In this document: piece after piece, positions 18,070 through 26,390 of the stretch
Numbering within the stretch: the first letter of the stretch is position 1
Layout: every line of letters starts with the position of its first letter
Assembly: GCA_035533635.1 (NCBI GenBank)
Contig: DATLTL010000061.1
Coordinates: 1-37,047 of the forward strand
Reading direction: 5' to 3'
DNA from: Nitrososphaerales archaeon
GTDB lineage: Archaea; Thermoproteota; Nitrososphaeria; Nitrososphaerales; CADDZS01
DNA: 37,047 nt
The notes under the pieces: model-generated
What the model saw: the letters and a program-made list of their open reading frames with translations, nothing else
The model's database searches: none
What the model was told of the DNA's origin: nothing
Position numbers and translations under genes: made by a program

Positions 18070-18873
18070 ATGGAGAGCCTATCTGGTCTAAGGAATGCGA
18101 GATGTCCTGAATTGGGAGACAAAAGCGCCATAGAATGGACTGACGCCTCGTGGAATCCTACCACTGGTTGCGATAAGGTATCACCTGGTTGCAAAAACTG
18201 CTATGCGGAACGTCTTGCTGGCAGATTACAACTTATGGGCAATCCGAAATACAAGAACGGTTTCAAGTTCACTGTCCAAGAGAGCGCCCTAGACCTCCCC
18301 CTCAAATGGAAGGAGCCTAGGAAGATATTCGTTAATTCAATGAGTGATCTGTTTCATGAAGAAATGCCCTTTGGGTATCTCAAGAGGTGCTTCGATATTA
18401 TGAAGAAGGCTGATCGGCACAGATACCAAATATTGACCAAAAGACCTGAAAGGATGCAGGAATTCGCGGAGTTCTATGGAGAAATCCCTGACCACGTATG
18501 GATGGGAACTTCGGTTGAAATGGCCTTCTACAAGAAACGGATCGATATTCTGAGAAACATAGAAGCAAAGATAAGGTTCATCAGCTTTGAACCATTGCTA
18601 GGAGCAATCGGCAAAGTGAACTTTAGAGGAATTTCTTGGTCAATAGTGGGTGGTGAGAGTGGACCTGGGCACAGGCCGATCGAAAAGGAATGGGTGCGAG
18701 AGATAAGAGATCAGTGCAAGACTCAAAAAGTTGCCTTCTTCTTCAAACAATGGGGTGGTGCCACGCCAAAGTCAGGTGGACGACTTCTTGATGGCAAGTT
18801 ATGGAACCAATACCCTGAACCTGCGCCTAACTACACTAAGCGGACAATGCAACCACTACAGCTAGTATCATAA
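18070..18873 (+). CDS. DUF5131 / phage Gp37-Gp68 family protein (PF07505-like)
   Basis: N-terminal IEWTDASWNPTTGCDKVSPGCKNCYAERLA is the family hallmark with its three-Cys motif. FISFEPLLG and VGGESGPG...FFFKQWGG are also family-typical. Confidence 0.8.
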   Translation: MESLSGLRNARCPELGDKSAIEWTDASWNPTTGCDKVSPGCKNCYAERLAGRLQLMGNPKYKNGFKFTVQESALDLPLKWKEPRKIFVNSMSDLFHEEMPFGYLKRCFDIMKKADRHRYQILTKRPERMQEFAEFYGEIPDHVWMGTSVEMAFYKKRIDILRNIEAKIRFISFEPLLGAIGKVNFRGISWSIVGGESGPGHRPIEKEWVREIRDQCKTQKVAFFFKQWGGATPKSGGRLLDGKLWNQYPEPAPNYTKRTMQPLQLVS

Positions 18874-19117
18874 TTGAATCGATCTACCTATTCATGATTG
18901 CGAATCGGAGAAACTCTCAGGTCAGTCCTCCAAGGAAGATTCACGCCTGTCTAACCTAGTCAATGGACAGGATTCAAGCCATCGCAGAGTCAATATTCGG
19001 AGCTTTATTTCAAACAAAGAAGGAAGCCAGTCATACGGTCCAATTCTATGATTGATTCCTTTTGCTCACGAGCAACAAACTAAAATTCCACGATTACTGA
19101 ACAATCAATGAGATCCA

Positions 19118-20188
19118 TTGTCGCAGGTCCAAATTCCAAGCGATCCGATCAGTGAAAGTTTCGCACTCTGCAAGAACACACTGGAGAACATTGGGCAACA
19201 TACTCTTACCATGCGCGCGCTGGATTCGATACTCGATCAATTCATCAACGATGAAGATGCAATCAAGGGCGACGAGACGACCGAACAGATAGATTTCAAA
19301 CCTCATGATGAGATTTCACTCTCTACAGTTAATCCAACAATTGGAATTCCCAAAACAGTCTATGCGGTTGATTCTAGCAGCATCGTCTTGGGTCAAGGAG
19401 TAAAGGGGGGTGTTCTCTTCAGCATCAGAGTTGTCGTTCTGAGCTGGAACCCAAAGGTAGGAAAGAGATCAATAGTGGACAGATTCGAAGTTCCAGGCTT
19501 TGTTTCGAATGAGAACAAAGAGGATTTGTATCATGGGCTCCGATCGAAGCTATGGAATCTGAGCCGAGAAGATGTCAAGGCGCCGGAACCATTCAAGATG
19601 GTCGACAGGATCAGAAATATTTACGAAAGGTATGCACAGATCGAGATTTCAAAGAAGATTGATGATTCCATATTACTGGTTGACGGATCTCTGACAGCTG
19701 ATACAGTGGATACTCCTTCAGCTGTGTTGGAAGAAGTCCTGAAGAACGCTGCCACTAATAGCTCCGACGTAGTCGCCATATCCAAAAAGACAAGATTGAC
19801 TACGGCGTCCGGAACAAGAATACTCGAACTGCTCGGCGAAAATACGAAGATTCCAGCTATAGTTCCAATTTCGAAACTTCTTTCTCCAAGGGCGCCATAC
19901 CGGTTGCTCGGTGAGGTCTATGTGGGAAGATTGAGTGGTGTGCCGATTTCTTTTCGAATCGATGTGAGCTCAAAGAGAGATCATGCACACGTCTTTGGAG
20001 ACCTTCTGGCGAGCGTGCCTCTCGAGAGTGGATATCCTGTTCCTCTGATTCATGCGCATGTTCATTGCTATTATAATTCATTTGATGTACTAGGCGTGAG
20101 AGCATTCTTGGCCAAGAAGCGCGTCCCGATGACTGAGGAATTTGATATAAGACGGATTCTGTTTGGCATGTATGGCGGAGGAGCTTGA
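19118..20188 (+). CDS. nurA: NurA-domain nuclease
   Basis: VYAVDSSSIVLG and ILLVDGSLTAD match the NurA catalytic Asp motifs. It is followed after 5 nt by a HerA-type ATPase gene. Confidence 0.6.
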   Translation: MSQVQIPSDPISESFALCKNTLENIGQHTLTMRALDSILDQFINDEDAIKGDETTEQIDFKPHDEISLSTVNPTIGIPKTVYAVDSSSIVLGQGVKGGVLFSIRVVVLSWNPKVGKRSIVDRFEVPGFVSNENKEDLYHGLRSKLWNLSREDVKAPEPFKMVDRIRNIYERYAQIEISKKIDDSILLVDGSLTADTVDTPSAVLEEVLKNAATNSSDVVAISKKTRLTTASGTRILELLGENTKIPAIVPISKLLSPRAPYRLLGEVYVGRLSGVPISFRIDVSSKRDHAHVFGDLLASVPLESGYPVPLIHAHVHCYYNSFDVLGVRAFLAKKRVPMTEEFDIRRILFGMYGGGA

Positions 20189-20193
20189 ATTAG

Positions 20194-21687
20194 TTGATAG
20201 TTATTGAGAAATACTTTGACCGACTTTCAGTACTTTACAATCCCTTGACCGAGCAGGCAAGAGTTGGAGAAAGTCTCCTAATTCATGAGCCCGGAATCCA
20301 AAATGGACCCAATGGAGTAATTGCTCAGATAATCGAGGAAAGACCCTATGTTCCCATGGGAATGAGAGATAGCCTTCTTATCGAATCACTTACACCGGAA
20401 ATAACCACTAGCACCGCGCAACCAGAAGAGCTGGGTGCTGCTCGTTCTGAACTGCGAAATCAAAAAACTATCATCGCCAAGATCAGACTTAGCGCGATTG
20501 TAGACAAGGGAAAATCTCTTCCCTCATCTCTTGTTCCATGGACTGGCTGGAGCCCCACTCCGAGCTCTAAGGTCACAAAGATTTCAGATTCAGAGATTCT
20601 CAGATTCATCGATCTCAAGGGAACTACTAAGAATATTGCCTCGATTGGAAAGACTACTGGCGACACTCCTTTTGATTTTAATCTATACTACCTTCACGGC
20701 ATCAGTACTCTTGTTGGAGGGCGGGGAACTGGCAAGAGTCATCTCGCGAAGAAATTTGCTCTAAAGCTTGTTGATGCGGGACGCCAAGTGATTATTTTTG
20801 ACATCAATGATGAGTGGACTGCCATGGAAAAAGGCGCAGATGGCAAGGAGAGCCCATATGCAAAGAAAATTGTAAGGGCAAACCCCGGGGAATCACTCTC
20901 TTTTGATCTGAAGTATCTTGGAAAGATAGTTTTCATTTCTATGCTGAAGATGATGAATCTTGATCCATCTACCTCTTCTGTTCAAACTCTCATGAACAAG
21001 TGGGACGAGCTCGACAGGGAGAAGAAACTCACATTCGATAATTTGAAGAAGACCGCCGAGTCGACAAATGAAAAAGTGAAGGAAGCGCTTCAAACTAGAT
21101 TTGCACAGTTGGAGAATAGCGGAATAATAGCGTCTGGCGAAAACAATGGAACGAGTATACAGGCGTTGCTTGAAAAGATAAAGGAGGGAGGACTTCTTGT
21201 CGTAAACCTCAAAGACAAGCCAAAGATTTCGCAGTACGTCATCGTTCAGCTCTTCACAAGCAAACTTGCGAACATTCTCTCCGATCCAAGATCAACCCCG
21301 CTTGTCCTGATTGTCGAAGAAGCGCAGACATACATGAGCAATTTCGATATTGAGGAAATCGTAGCAAGGCTCAGGCACCTGGGGCTCCATCAGATCTATA
21401 TCACCAACAGCCCACAGAGCTTGACTCCGTTCCTCATGAGCCACATTTCGAACTGGTTCCTATTCAATCTCGTGAATCAGCAGGACATTGAATATCTTCA
21501 ACGATCTCTGCCCCTTGACCTGGAGTCTGCCAGTGTTCTCATCAGAATGCTTCCCCCCAGACAGGCGCTTGTTGTGATAAACGAGAACTACAAGGACTCG
21601 ACAAAGAATTATCCTTTCGTAGTCAAGGTTGATCCAATTCCATATCAGACCGCAGGAGTGACAAGAGAGCTTTTTGAAGCTCCTTAG
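20194..21687 (+). CDS. herA: HerA-type (DUF87/FtsK-HerA superfamily) ATPase
   Basis: N-terminal HAS-barrel-like segment (ARVGESLLIHE...GVIAQIIEE). Walker A GGRGTGKSHLAKKF and Walker B LVLIVEEAQ. The size (497 aa) and its pairing with nurA fit HerA. Confidence 0.7.
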   Translation: MIVIEKYFDRLSVLYNPLTEQARVGESLLIHEPGIQNGPNGVIAQIIEERPYVPMGMRDSLLIESLTPEITTSTAQPEELGAARSELRNQKTIIAKIRLSAIVDKGKSLPSSLVPWTGWSPTPSSKVTKISDSEILRFIDLKGTTKNIASIGKTTGDTPFDFNLYYLHGISTLVGGRGTGKSHLAKKFALKLVDAGRQVIIFDINDEWTAMEKGADGKESPYAKKIVRANPGESLSFDLKYLGKIVFISMLKMMNLDPSTSSVQTLMNKWDELDREKKLTFDNLKKTAESTNEKVKEALQTRFAQLENSGIIASGENNGTSIQALLEKIKEGGLLVVNLKDKPKISQYVIVQLFTSKLANILSDPRSTPLVLIVEEAQTYMSNFDIEEIVARLRHLGLHQIYITNSPQSLTPFLMSHISNWFLFNLVNQQDIEYLQRSLPLDLESASVLIRMLPPRQALVVINENYKDSTKNYPFVVKVDPIPYQTAGVTRELFEAP

Positions 21688-21743
21688 TTAGTTTAGGACA
21701 GAATCTTAGTGCTGCTGCTGACAATCGTCAAGCCGGGGCGCAT

Positions 21744-21749
21744 TTTTTA
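21744..21749 (+). terminator. oligo-T tract downstream of herA (possible archaeal terminator)
   Basis: A T6 run 57 nt after the herA stop. Confidence 0.3.
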
Positions 21750-21761
21750 TCCCCCTTATGT

Positions 21762-21825
21762 ACTTACTTGCTCTCACTCTCTCTGTCTTGCTCACTCTCT
21801 CTTACACTCTCTCCTATCGACACAC
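21762..21825 (+). repeat. CT-rich polypyrimidine tract whose first 25 nt resemble the ends of the 46-bp repeat
   Basis: acttacttgctctcactctctctgtcttgctcactctctcttacactctctcct is almost purine-free on the + strand. acttact...ctctgt parallels the repeat termini. Confidence 0.5.
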
Positions 21826-21830
21826 ACGCT

Positions 21831-21887
21831 CAATACTTGTGTTAAAGTATTGAACGTGATTTCCAAGACTTAGAATTAAGTATTGAA
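21831..21887 (+). promoter_or_regulatory. CAATACTT/AAGTATTG inverted repeat plus a second AAGTATTGAA copy 33 nt downstream
   Basis: caatactt at 21831-21838, aagtattgaa at 21845-21854 and aagtattgaa at 21878-21887, all just upstream of ORF 21900. Confidence 0.35.
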
Positions 21888-21899
21888 ACAAATCGCAAA

Positions 21900-22130
21900 T
21901 TGTTTTATGTAACTTTTGCTATGATTGCTCTAACAAAAGAGGCGAATGCATTGCGTAGAAGTGGAGAAATAATGCTGTTCGGTCTAATCTTCTTCTTTGC
22001 TGTAATTCTAGTGAGTTTCATGGGCGTATTCTCAGTTCCGATAAGTTTCGTGCTAGGGTTGTTAGGCGTTGCCGTGCTGGTAACGCTCTCAGGATACGGC
22101 CTCAGCAAATTTGAAGATAGATTTAGCTGA
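21900..22130 (+). CDS. small two-TM membrane protein
   Basis: Two hydrophobic helices (LFGLIFFFAVILVSFMGVF and VLGLLGVAVLVTLSGYGL). An antisense ORF overlaps it, so coding is uncertain. Confidence 0.4.
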   Translation: MFYVTFAMIALTKEANALRRSGEIMLFGLIFFFAVILVSFMGVFSVPISFVLGLLGVAVLVTLSGYGLSKFEDRFS

Positions 22131-22522
22131 TTATCCGCAGTGCCTGAACCGTTATTCGAGTACGTGTTGCTGATCGGCCGAGACATCTGTACTCGTGGGC
22201 ATTGGTTACACTTTCCTCAAGAAAGGGACACTGCGTCGAATGCGATTGAGCGCTGGTGAAAAGACACCGCTCCATCGTTTGCCAGTACACATGAAATCAG
22301 AGCTATCTATGAGTCTCAAAAGAAGTATGAGGCCGTTCGAAGTCAGAGCAGAATTATGATGAGCATTTACACGCACTTTCACTTTTTGGGCGAGAAGGGT
22401 GCCTGGCCTGTAAAGTTGGCCTCGTTCGATTTTAGGCATAAGAGGTTAGAGCGTTACTAGTAAATTAGTTGACACGCTCGTTTTAATCAAAGTCTTTTCC
22501 GGCCTTGCTTTGGCCTTAGATA

Positions 22523-22723
22523 TTGGCTAGAATTAGAGACGAAGTTTTACAATGTCCACGCTGTGGATCAGAATGCAATCTGAAACGACTTGTTCCAAGG
22601 GACGCATATTGTGAAAACTGTCAGATCAGATTTCTTGATCTTAGAAACTGGGAAATCAAGGATGGGTTTGCAATGAAATTCGTTCCATTAGATAAACACA
22701 CAGAAGGAATCCATCAATCGTGA
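22523..22723 (+). CDS. small zinc-ribbon protein
   Basis: CPRCGSEC ... CENC forms a four-Cys ribbon in a 66-aa ORF. Confidence 0.4.
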   Translation: MARIRDEVLQCPRCGSECNLKRLVPRDAYCENCQIRFLDLRNWEIKDGFAMKFVPLDKHTEGIHQS

Positions 22724-22967
22724 CCAGCTCCGGATTTGGGGGGGGCTAAGCTTGTGCGGTCGGTCAGAATTGAACAGATGCTTCTTCGCAGCGTAATATC
22801 GTAGCGCTAAGCCCAACTTACAAATAAGATTGCTTACAGTAATAGAACTAATCGAGGGTTTTGGAGAAAGAAAAGCTTTCCTTGATTAGCTTCTATATTG
22901 GAAGCAAAGATGAAGTCGATACTGTTCATATACGAGCTTTGACTATTCTGATATTGCAGTAAGTAAT

Positions 22968-23591
22968 TTGCCTGACGATGACGATGATAGCGACCGTTCT
23001 GTTTCAGACGATGTTTCCGAATGGCTAGAAGATATTTTGGAATGGATCAAGACGTATGGCCTTTGGATTATTGCTGTCTTGATTATCGTTAGCCTTTTGC
23101 TTGGAGCAACGTTGTATGCCAATGTCAACTCAGAGCATTATACCACTCTTACTTCTACTCAAACACGAACAACCACAACAATTTCGATAACCACATACAC
23201 GAATACAACGGAAGTCTCCGAGCTGACATCTCAAGTTAGCAGTCTTACTTCTGTTGTCAATAGCATGAGTTCCGTATCTTCGGCTCAACAGAATCAGATA
23301 ACTATACTGCAACAACAAGTATCGAACAGCCCAGTTCTGGTTAATGGAACAATAAAGATGGGATGGGGATACACGCCATCAAAAATAACTTTCACGTCTT
23401 TCAAATCAACTTGGGTCGCAGGCGTATCCAGCAACAGTTTCAAAATCTATCTTCCGCGAGATGTCTATAACGTGAGTGTGATATACGGTGGATGGCAATG
23501 CATATTCACATGCAACTCTTCGCCTTCCCATTCTGTTCTCATACTAAACCAAAACACATCGACGTATTATCACGTAACATATCATGCCTAG
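22968..23591 (+). CDS. single-pass membrane protein with an acidic N-terminus, Thr/Ser-rich linker and beta-rich C-domain
   Basis: DDDDDSD start, TM helix LWIIAVLIIVSLLLGATLY, then TLTSTQTRTTTTISITTYTNTT. Confidence 0.5.
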   Translation: MPDDDDDSDRSVSDDVSEWLEDILEWIKTYGLWIIAVLIIVSLLLGATLYANVNSEHYTTLTSTQTRTTTTISITTYTNTTEVSELTSQVSSLTSVVNSMSSVSSAQQNQITILQQQVSNSPVLVNGTIKMGWGYTPSKITFTSFKSTWVAGVSSNSFKIYLPRDVYNVSVIYGGWQCIFTCNSSPSHSVLILNQNTSTYYHVTYHA

Positions 23592-23841
23592 GTCAGCCTA
23601 CTCCATGGGTGAAAAAATGGCGAAAAAGAAACGCAGATAGGGTCTAAAGCAGGTTACGTAACTGCAAAGAAGTTCGTCAATATGGCTAGAGAGATGGCGC
23701 TCAAAGCATCAATCTACAATTCCTTCATCACAACGGCGAAGTAAAAGGAAGCATCCAGAGAACACAGAGGAAGGCATCAAAACATCATATTCGTGCAACA
23801 GAGCACAGATTCGGCACTATTCGTTTTTCGGGCTTCTAGCC

Positions 23842-24411
23842 TCATCTGATATGTCGTTCCAAACGGCTTTTTGTTTGGTTATACCATGTTTTGTAGTATA
23901 TTTGCCATGATCTACTTGCAAATATCACTTCTTCAGAAGCGTCTTTTGGTAAGCTTGAGTACATTAAGCGATAGGTCAAACGTAATCCAAGATTCGACTT
24001 GATTCTAGATCCAAGCCAACTAGAAATATTTTGAATCTCTGTGGCGGTGTCATGGTCAGAGTTATCCGCAGTTCGTCTTGCTACGTCTTTAGTAAATTCT
24101 GGCGCATCATCCGTGATGGTCATGTCGTAACCGTTTATGAAACAAAAGAATGCCGTTGTCATTAGAGCCGTTCTTTTGTTTCCATCTGTAAAAGGATGGA
24201 AATTGATGTATGCATACATCAGTGCGCTTATCTTGCTAAGAAGGCTAGGGAATGGGATAAAATGATAAACATCTGTCTTTACCCATTCAATCGAGCCTTC
24301 AACCATCCCCTTCGACATCCATCCTTGATCGCCTCTTAGCTTGATCAAGACATCGTGAAAGTCTTGAACGTATTTGGGTGTAGGATAGATTATCCTGTTT
24401 GGATGAGCCAA
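23842..24411 (-). CDS. Doc/Fic family protein (toxin-type)
   Basis: Fic-fold active-site motif HPFTDGNKRTAL, the Doc-type HxFx(D/E)GNKR variant. Size is 189 aa. Confidence 0.8.
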   Translation of the reverse strand: MAHPNRIIYPTPKYVQDFHDVLIKLRGDQGWMSKGMVEGSIEWVKTDVYHFIPFPSLLSKISALMYAYINFHPFTDGNKRTALMTTAFFCFINGYDMTITDDAPEFTKDVARRTADNSDHDTATEIQNISSWLGSRIKSNLGLRLTYRLMYSSLPKDASEEVIFASRSWQIYYKTWYNQTKSRLERHIR

Positions 24412-24417
24412 TGACGA

Positions 24418-24597
24418 CTACATGTCGGCTAATCTTTCGAATACTTTTCTGTTTTGGCTCAAAACAGAGTTCGCGAATTGTTCAGGCTCTTGCGTAGTCC
24501 TTCCTCCTTTGCTCATTACCAATACTGCGATAGCCACAAAAACGGCTAGTACCGCCACTAGTAATGCCACTGGGATAGCTAATTTCTCAGAATCCAT
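24418..24597 (-). CDS. 59-aa ORF upstream of doc/fic: TM helix plus short C-terminal tail (candidate antitoxin)
   Basis: My own translation (below the track cutoff): MDSEKLAIPVALLVAVLAVFVAIAVLVMSKGGRTTQEPEQFANSVLSQNRKVFERLADM*. Its stop lies 6 nt before the TTG start of the Fic gene. Confidence 0.3.
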   Translation of the reverse strand: MDSEKLAIPVALLVAVLAVFVAIAVLVMSKGGRTTQEPEQFANSVLSQNRKVFERLADM

Positions 24598-24711
24598 GCC
24601 TATGCACAGCCTCGCGATACACTAGCGAAGAACCGCAAATATATCCATTTTGTACCCGCGATCTCATGGAGAATGGCTTTGGCCCAGTAATACCTCTCAT
24701 TTATGCATTCT

Positions 24712-25101
24712 TTAGACGGTTCCGTATTCATCTTCTGGTGAAACGCGAGGACGTTTCACTTCGGGTGAACAAGCATCAAACGCTCCGTGGTAGCCGTCAA
24801 CTCCTACTATCTTATCTCCATGTTTTGCTACCCATAGAAAATCTGCATCATAGACTCTACGCGGCGCCCAAGAACTGTCAGAGATACTCAGGAAGGACTC
24901 AAGCGACTCCAAATGATGTCTCTTAACAAACCTGCTTTTGCGCTGAATCGCCCATCCTTGACACAAACATCGATGGAAGATGCCATGACTCAGGCCAATG
25001 AAATATTTTCTGCGACATTCTAGGAACTCTCTTGGTTCCATGTCTACCTCGGTGTACTTCCACTTGGAGAACTGCTTAGGAAGCGGAAGCATTTGAATCA
25101 A
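24712..25101 (-). CDS. hypothetical protein (129 aa), third gene of a minus-strand operon
   Basis: ORF 21 nt downstream of 25123-26337 on the same strand. No motif recognised. Confidence 0.45.
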   Translation of the reverse strand: MIQMLPLPKQFSKWKYTEVDMEPREFLECRRKYFIGLSHGIFHRCLCQGWAIQRKSRFVKRHHLESLESFLSISDSSWAPRRVYDADFLWVAKHGDKIVGVDGYHGAFDACSPEVKRPRVSPEDEYGTV

Positions 25102-25122
25102 CCAATCAGTCTTGGCGTTTCA

Positions 25123-26337
25123 TTATTTCTTGGGTTGAAATGATTGAATCACTGTGGTCTGATTCCTATTCGCTTGAAGAATGGAGGACAATGGGATTAT
25201 CATTTGTTCTCCTTCCAGCTTCACCATTCCAGGTTCGAATTTCCTTACAAGTACGGACAGTTCGTACGGGTTGATGATTCCTACAGGAGGATTGTTAGAC
25301 TCAGGTTGGTGAATATTATTGGTAACTACAAGTGGTATGAACTTGGTTGCAATCGGTTTTTTGTCAAGAAATTGTGAGAGGCCGCTGTCCTTATGGAATT
25401 TCACATGTGATTCATCCGCCAACCATACTGCTTTGTGATAAATCTCGACCTTGGCTTGAGCAATAATGTTCTTGTTATGAATTGGATGTCTCGACTCGAA
25501 CTTTTGCTCCTTGCATTCAGTCACAAAGACGAACTCATCTTTCTTCGCGATTACGTCAATGTCAGTTCGACTCTTTTTACCTGTAGGCTCAAAACTTCCT
25601 ATTATCTCAATGGGTTTTGGATAAACGTCAACAGAGTCTGCCAAAAGTATGTCTCTGACTCTCCTTTCAAATAGTCTTCCCTTAAAATTAGAATCACAAA
25701 AGTTGTCAAAGATGTATTCAGGTTGTGAAACTTGGCAAAGAAGCACGCGTTTACCGTTGAACATACTCATTCCGTCCACTTCGATGATAGGCAATTCATT
25801 CAACTCTTCCGGATTTGAAGCGGTCAATAGTTGTACAATCTGACCTACTGACTGTTTTCTTCCTGCACTTCTTCTCAGGCTGGTAACTAGGTCGGCTTTG
25901 GGTTTTGCATAGACACTGTCACCACTTTTGCGGATTAATTCTAGCATGGAATCAGTCATTTCCAGAAAATTCTCGTATGTGTATCCAAAATACGTCTTGA
26001 AATTCTCTTGAAAACCTGGGGCTTCCGAAAGTTTGTTTATCTCCTCGAGTTCCCTCCTAAGAGATTCTCTGTTCTCAGGACTATCGAATCCTTTTGACAG
26101 ATTCTGCAACGAAGTTCGACCCTCCTTCTTCAGATCTGTAAACCAATTAACGGTGCCAGCGCTACCAACTTCTATGTCTCTGACAATCACGGACTTGATT
26201 TTGCTTGATTGCTCATTCACTTGGTCAGGATATCGAATTTCCAGTATGTCATCGTCTTCGTCAACTTCAAATATCGCCGACGTCTCGACTAGACCCTTCA
26301 ATAACAATTCTCTGTGGACTAACGCAATCAGTTTCAA
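25123..26337 (-). CDS. hypothetical protein with a C-terminal PD-(D/E)xK (restriction-endonuclease-fold) nuclease-like core
   Basis: GRLFERRVRDILLA ... RTDIDVIAKKDEFVFVTECKEQK fits the helix-E / D / ExK arrangement. The N-terminal 200 aa or so have no recognised family. Confidence 0.5.
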   Translation of the reverse strand: MKLIALVHRELLLKGLVETSAIFEVDEDDDILEIRYPDQVNEQSSKIKSVIVRDIEVGSAGTVNWFTDLKKEGRTSLQNLSKGFDSPENRESLRRELEEINKLSEAPGFQENFKTYFGYTYENFLEMTDSMLELIRKSGDSVYAKPKADLVTSLRRSAGRKQSVGQIVQLLTASNPEELNELPIIEVDGMSMFNGKRVLLCQVSQPEYIFDNFCDSNFKGRLFERRVRDILLADSVDVYPKPIEIIGSFEPTGKKSRTDIDVIAKKDEFVFVTECKEQKFESRHPIHNKNIIAQAKVEIYHKAVWLADESHVKFHKDSGLSQFLDKKPIATKFIPLVVTNNIHQPESNNPPVGIINPYELSVLVRKFEPGMVKLEGEQMIIPLSSILQANRNQTTVIQSFQPKK

Positions 26338-26390
26338 TATGACATTTATTCCAAAGTTTATTGTTCTCCTACTAGGATTGAGGATGGCAA

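Noticed and set aside
529-21687. A BREX locus, because of the BrxL-like ATPase and an NPPW methyltransferase in the same window
   Set aside because: No PglZ, BrxC/PglY, BrxA or BrxB-like ORFs are present. The methyltransferase is TaqI-like at about 750 aa rather than a roughly 1200-aa PglX. It lies 11 kb away in a separately bounded cassette.
19118-21687. Interpreting nurA-herA as the ordinary housekeeping end-resection operon
   Set aside because: This is not excluded. However, the absence of mre11/rad50 and the cassette and defence-island context make a paralogous accessory role at least as likely, so it is reported as a finding rather than dismissed.
21762-21825. The CT-rich repetitive tract as a possible CRISPR array or leader
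   Set aside because: It has no regularly spaced identical repeats with unique spacers, only short degenerate CTCT(C/G)(A/T) units. No cas genes are present in the window.
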